From positions 1 to 31,172 of the forward strand of contig JBQLZK010000071.1 of the NCBI GenBank assembly GCA_052168235.1: a stretch of DNA of 31,172 nucleotides. Direction: 5' to 3'. Below are positions 28,219 to 31,172 of the stretch, one piece after another (the first letter of the stretch is position 1; every line of letters begins with the position of its first letter). The notes under the pieces are model-generated. The model did not search any database. It was not told where the DNA came from and saw only the letters and a list, made by a program, of their open reading frames with translations. This DNA comes from Thainema sp. (GTDB lineage Bacteria > Cyanobacteriota > Cyanobacteriia > Phormidesmidales > Phormidesmidaceae). Position numbers and translations under genes: made by a program.

Positions 28219-28334
28219 GATTTAGTCGCGTTGATGCAAATTTGGTGCTTTCTAGGTTGGTGTACATGTTTGGCTCAGATGATTTAAGCGCTATAACTAT
28301 GCTGAGGAACGTAAGTTTAATAAATCCGCCAATT

Positions 28335-28400
28335 GTAGGGACGGGTTTTGCCGCCAACTCTATGACAATGTACAAATTGGTCTGCTAAACTCTCCCTTAC
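28335..28400. repeat. Degenerate GTAG-type REP-like inverted repeat
   Basis: GTAGGGACGGGTTTTGC ... GCTAAACTCTCCCTTAC. Confidence 0.5.
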
Positions 28401-28538
28401 CCAATATTGAACTTATCAAATTCACCATCTTCAGCATTTCTCAATCCTCAAAAACTTGCGGCAAAATTACCGCTTCCGGTTCCAGTTTTGCTAGATGCAA
28501 GATATGAGAATACTTAAAATTTAATCAAAACAGAGGCA

Positions 28539-30536
28539 ATGAAAGTACTCGCTCTGGTTATGCAGTCTCGCTTTATCCGTATTTTGTCAGTCTATCGCTG
28601 TATAGGAGTCGGAATTCTTGGTAGTTTGATTGTTGCTTTAGCTCTGTATTTCAATCAACCGACAGAATTGGTTTTAATTGACTCATCGGTTCACAATCCA
28701 CAGTTTTTTCTGAGCCAGCTTCATCCTCATCAGCGAGGCTGGGTGCTCTCTGCCAAAAGCAACCTCGCTTCAGTGACTCATCAGTTACAGCACTACAGAA
28801 ACTTGCAGGCTGTTCATGTAATTTCTCACGGTGCACCGGGCCAGTTTCAGCTCGGCCAAACGGTTGTAAATACGGATTCTGTCAAAGACTCTAACCAGCG
28901 CCATCTCTTCACAAATTGGCAACATGCTCTGGCTCCGGGTGGCGACATCTTCCTTTACGGCTGCGAAGTGGGGGCAACGGCTCAAGGACAAACGTTGCTG
29001 GCTGAACTGCACCAACTGACTCAGGCCGATCTGGCTGCGTCTACCACGCTGTCCGGCGATCCCTTGCTGCATGGGGACTGGCAGCTTGAATCAACGGTTG
29101 GTACTGTGGCAACGTCCTTGCCTCTTACTGGCTTGTATGGAGCTGTCCTGCGCCAAATGACCGTTACGACTCACGCGGATGACGGTACAGGTTCCCTGCG
29201 CTGGGCTATTACCGAGGCTAACCGTACGCCGGAAGATGACCTGATTGAACTGCATCAGCTAGATGTACCCATTGTTTTACAGTCTCCCCTGCCTGTTGTG
29301 ACCAGTAATCTTTACCTGTTTGGGCATGGTGCCACATTGAGCGGTCATGAGCAGTTTCGGGTTTTGCACGTCAAAGATAGTGACGTGGTTGTGCAAGATC
29401 TGACGATTGCCGATGGTCTTGCTCAAGGTGCCGATGGGAAAGGAACCGCTGGTGGTGATGCAGGTTTGGGTGGTGGGCTGCTGATCGAAAATGGCAGTGC
29501 CATCTTGAGCCAGGTGCAGTTGATTAATAATCGTGCGGCAGGTGGCGATGGGGGCTTGCGTCTAGCGCCTGTACCGGACGCTGAAGCGAGTCCTGTATCG
29601 GGTCAAATTGATGTCGATGGCAAAGTTTTCAAAGTCAATCGAGGCGCGATCGCAGGTTTAAATGGTATCAGTCTGCCCAATCCTGAAAATTTAACGCTGC
29701 CAGAACGTGCAATGGGACAGCTTTCGATTAGCGGCACGACTAAAAAGCTGCGAGCCAACCGAGGTGCGATCGCAGGTGTCAACGGCATTGGTGTAGGCGG
29801 CATCGGCAGCATTGCCTTTGGTGGTGGTGGTGGCTTTGGTGGCTTTGGCAACGCGGGCAACGGCGGTAATGGCGGCAACGGTGGAGCTGAAGGCGGTAGC
29901 GGCGGCAATGGTGGCGACGGTGGCGATGGCGGGGTCGGCATCTTCGGTGGCTTTGGCCTCTGGGAAGAAGAGGGCAGTATCGGAACGGTGGCCTTTGGTG
30001 GCGGCGGCGGCTTTGGTGGCTTTGGCAACGCGGGGAATGGTGGCAATGGCGGTAACGCAGTAGCACCTGTAGCCAACGGTGGCAATGGCGGCAACGGCGG
30101 CCAGGGTGGCTTTGGCGGTGGTGGCGGTGGCGGCGGTTTCGGCGGTCAGGGTGGCTACGCTGGAAAAGCGGGTAAATCCGGTATCCCTGGAAAAGGCGGC
30201 TTCGGTGGTGGTAATGGCGAAATCGGGTACGGTGGCGGCGGTGTAGGTTTTGGCGGCGCGATTTTTCTCAAGTCTAGTCGGCTAATCTTGAACCATACGG
30301 TGTTTGATCACAATACTGCGATCGCAGGTCAGGGGGCTCATCCAGGAGCCAGCGACGGCAGCTCTATCTTTGTTTGGTCAGGTCAAGAGCAGAAGGAAGA
30401 TGCTATGCAGGATGCAGCGGCAGTGCAGGTTATTTCTCTGGGTGGCGCTCCTACGTTCAATCGCGATCCATCTCAGTCTGCGAATGGGGCAACCTGTGAT
30501 GTGTTTGGTTCCCTAGTGGTGTTTGGTGGCCGTTAG
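28539..30536 (+). CDS. DUF4347 domain protein with Gly-rich repeats, likely surface-associated
   Basis: HVISHGAPG.F.LG, LYGCEVG and GDWQLE (DUF4347); DDGTGSLRWAI; GGxGGxG repeats; N-terminal TM. Confidence 0.85.
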   Translation: MKVLALVMQSRFIRILSVYRCIGVGILGSLIVALALYFNQPTELVLIDSSVHNPQFFLSQLHPHQRGWVLSAKSNLASVTHQLQHYRNLQAVHVISHGAPGQFQLGQTVVNTDSVKDSNQRHLFTNWQHALAPGGDIFLYGCEVGATAQGQTLLAELHQLTQADLAASTTLSGDPLLHGDWQLESTVGTVATSLPLTGLYGAVLRQMTVTTHADDGTGSLRWAITEANRTPEDDLIELHQLDVPIVLQSPLPVVTSNLYLFGHGATLSGHEQFRVLHVKDSDVVVQDLTIADGLAQGADGKGTAGGDAGLGGGLLIENGSAILSQVQLINNRAAGGDGGLRLAPVPDAEASPVSGQIDVDGKVFKVNRGAIAGLNGISLPNPENLTLPERAMGQLSISGTTKKLRANRGAIAGVNGIGVGGIGSIAFGGGGGFGGFGNAGNGGNGGNGGAEGGSGGNGGDGGDGGVGIFGGFGLWEEEGSIGTVAFGGGGGFGGFGNAGNGGNGGNAVAPVANGGNGGNGGQGGFGGGGGGGGFGGQGGYAGKAGKSGIPGKGGFGGGNGEIGYGGGGVGFGGAIFLKSSRLILNHTVFDHNTAIAGQGAHPGASDGSSIFVWSGQEQKEDAMQDAAAVQVISLGGAPTFNRDPSQSANGATCDVFGSLVVFGGR

Positions 30537-30633
30537 TGTGGGTAAATCTATGGCACTCACTGCCACAAAGTCAACTCCGCTTCCAACAAACATAGGTTTG
30601 TTCAGTACGGTAGAAGTAATGTTTAAGACGAAT

Positions 30634-30671
30634 GGTGTCACGTATTTGGTCAGGTGTCACGTATTTGGTCA
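30634..30671. repeat. Perfect 19-bp tandem duplication
   Basis: GGTGTCACGTATTTGGTCA x2. Confidence 0.9.
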
Positions 30672-30792
30672 AGTAGTTTCTTTGGACGAGGCTGAGGTGG
30701 CTGCATAGAGTGAATATATGTTGAGGGATGATAAATAAACTCTAAGCAGCGTGAGCCTGAAGTTGTAGGGGTAGTTATACTGAATTTTTCTG

Positions 30793-30920
30793 CCTAATCA
30801 CCTAAATAGGCGTGTTAGGTAGACACTTGTCAACCTAATCCCCCAAATAAGCGTGTTAGGCTGACGGATTTCCACCTAATTACCCGAATAGGTGTGTTAG
30901 GCAGAAAGTTTCACTCTAAT
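30793..30920. repeat. 41-bp-period array of 3 units plus a partial unit
   Basis: CCTAAT...AATARGYGTGTTAGG starts at 30793, 30834 and 30875, each followed by a variable 14-bp segment. Confidence 0.8.
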
Positions 30921-31172
30921 AAATAGTTATGCTGCTCAGCCGAATAGCGAACTTAGGAATTGGGCACTCTATGATCAAGGTATCGAACTTAGTCTTAAAA
31001 GTGGTTGTTCTATATGAGCTGTAGTTATTGCGGAGGAATGTTTATTCTAGGCGATGGAATCTATGATGATGGGGATTTTATCTGTGGTAGCTGTTTGGCA
31101 AGCATGATGTCTCAATATAGGGCACTTCGAAAAATAGCCAGAACGATCTCAATATGAGATCATAAGGTGGGA

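Noticed and set aside
29603..30094. Pro-rich and Arg/His/Cys-rich minus-strand ORFs
   Set aside because: Antisense shadows of the Gly-rich tract of the DUF4347 gene.
30793..30920. CRISPR array
   Set aside because: Spacers are only 14 bp, repeats are degenerate, there are only three units, and no cas genes are in the window.

Overview
Cyanobacterial chromosomal window: the HIP1 octamer GCGATCGC is frequent, and dispersed palindromic repeats and gene families typical of filamentous cyanobacteria are present. Gene order: glutathione peroxidase; cupin; two unannotated threonine-rich leader peptides, each with an antiterminator/terminator pair and separated by a nested palindromic repeat; a threonyl-tRNA synthetase lacking the N-terminal TGS/editing domains; an AT-rich exonuclease-fold/TM orphan; a SnoaL fragment; a phosphorelay/c-di-GMP cluster (REC-wHTH-Hpt-REC-REC-GGDEF, Cache-HAMP-multi-PAS kinase, two CheY-like regulators); an alginate-like module (Alg44-like MFP without PilZ, Alg8-like synthase fused to a beta-helix, convergent PL14-like lyase); aqpZ; HdeD; CPBP protein; MGS-like/DAGK kinase; a small Gln-rich secreted protein; EamA; a Rieske oxygenase; a DUF4347 Gly-rich protein; and a 41-bp-period repeat array. 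The most striking signal is the tandem ribosome-mediated Thr attenuator upstream of an editing-less, probably auxiliary ThrRS. All calls are by eye from motifs; no database searches were run.
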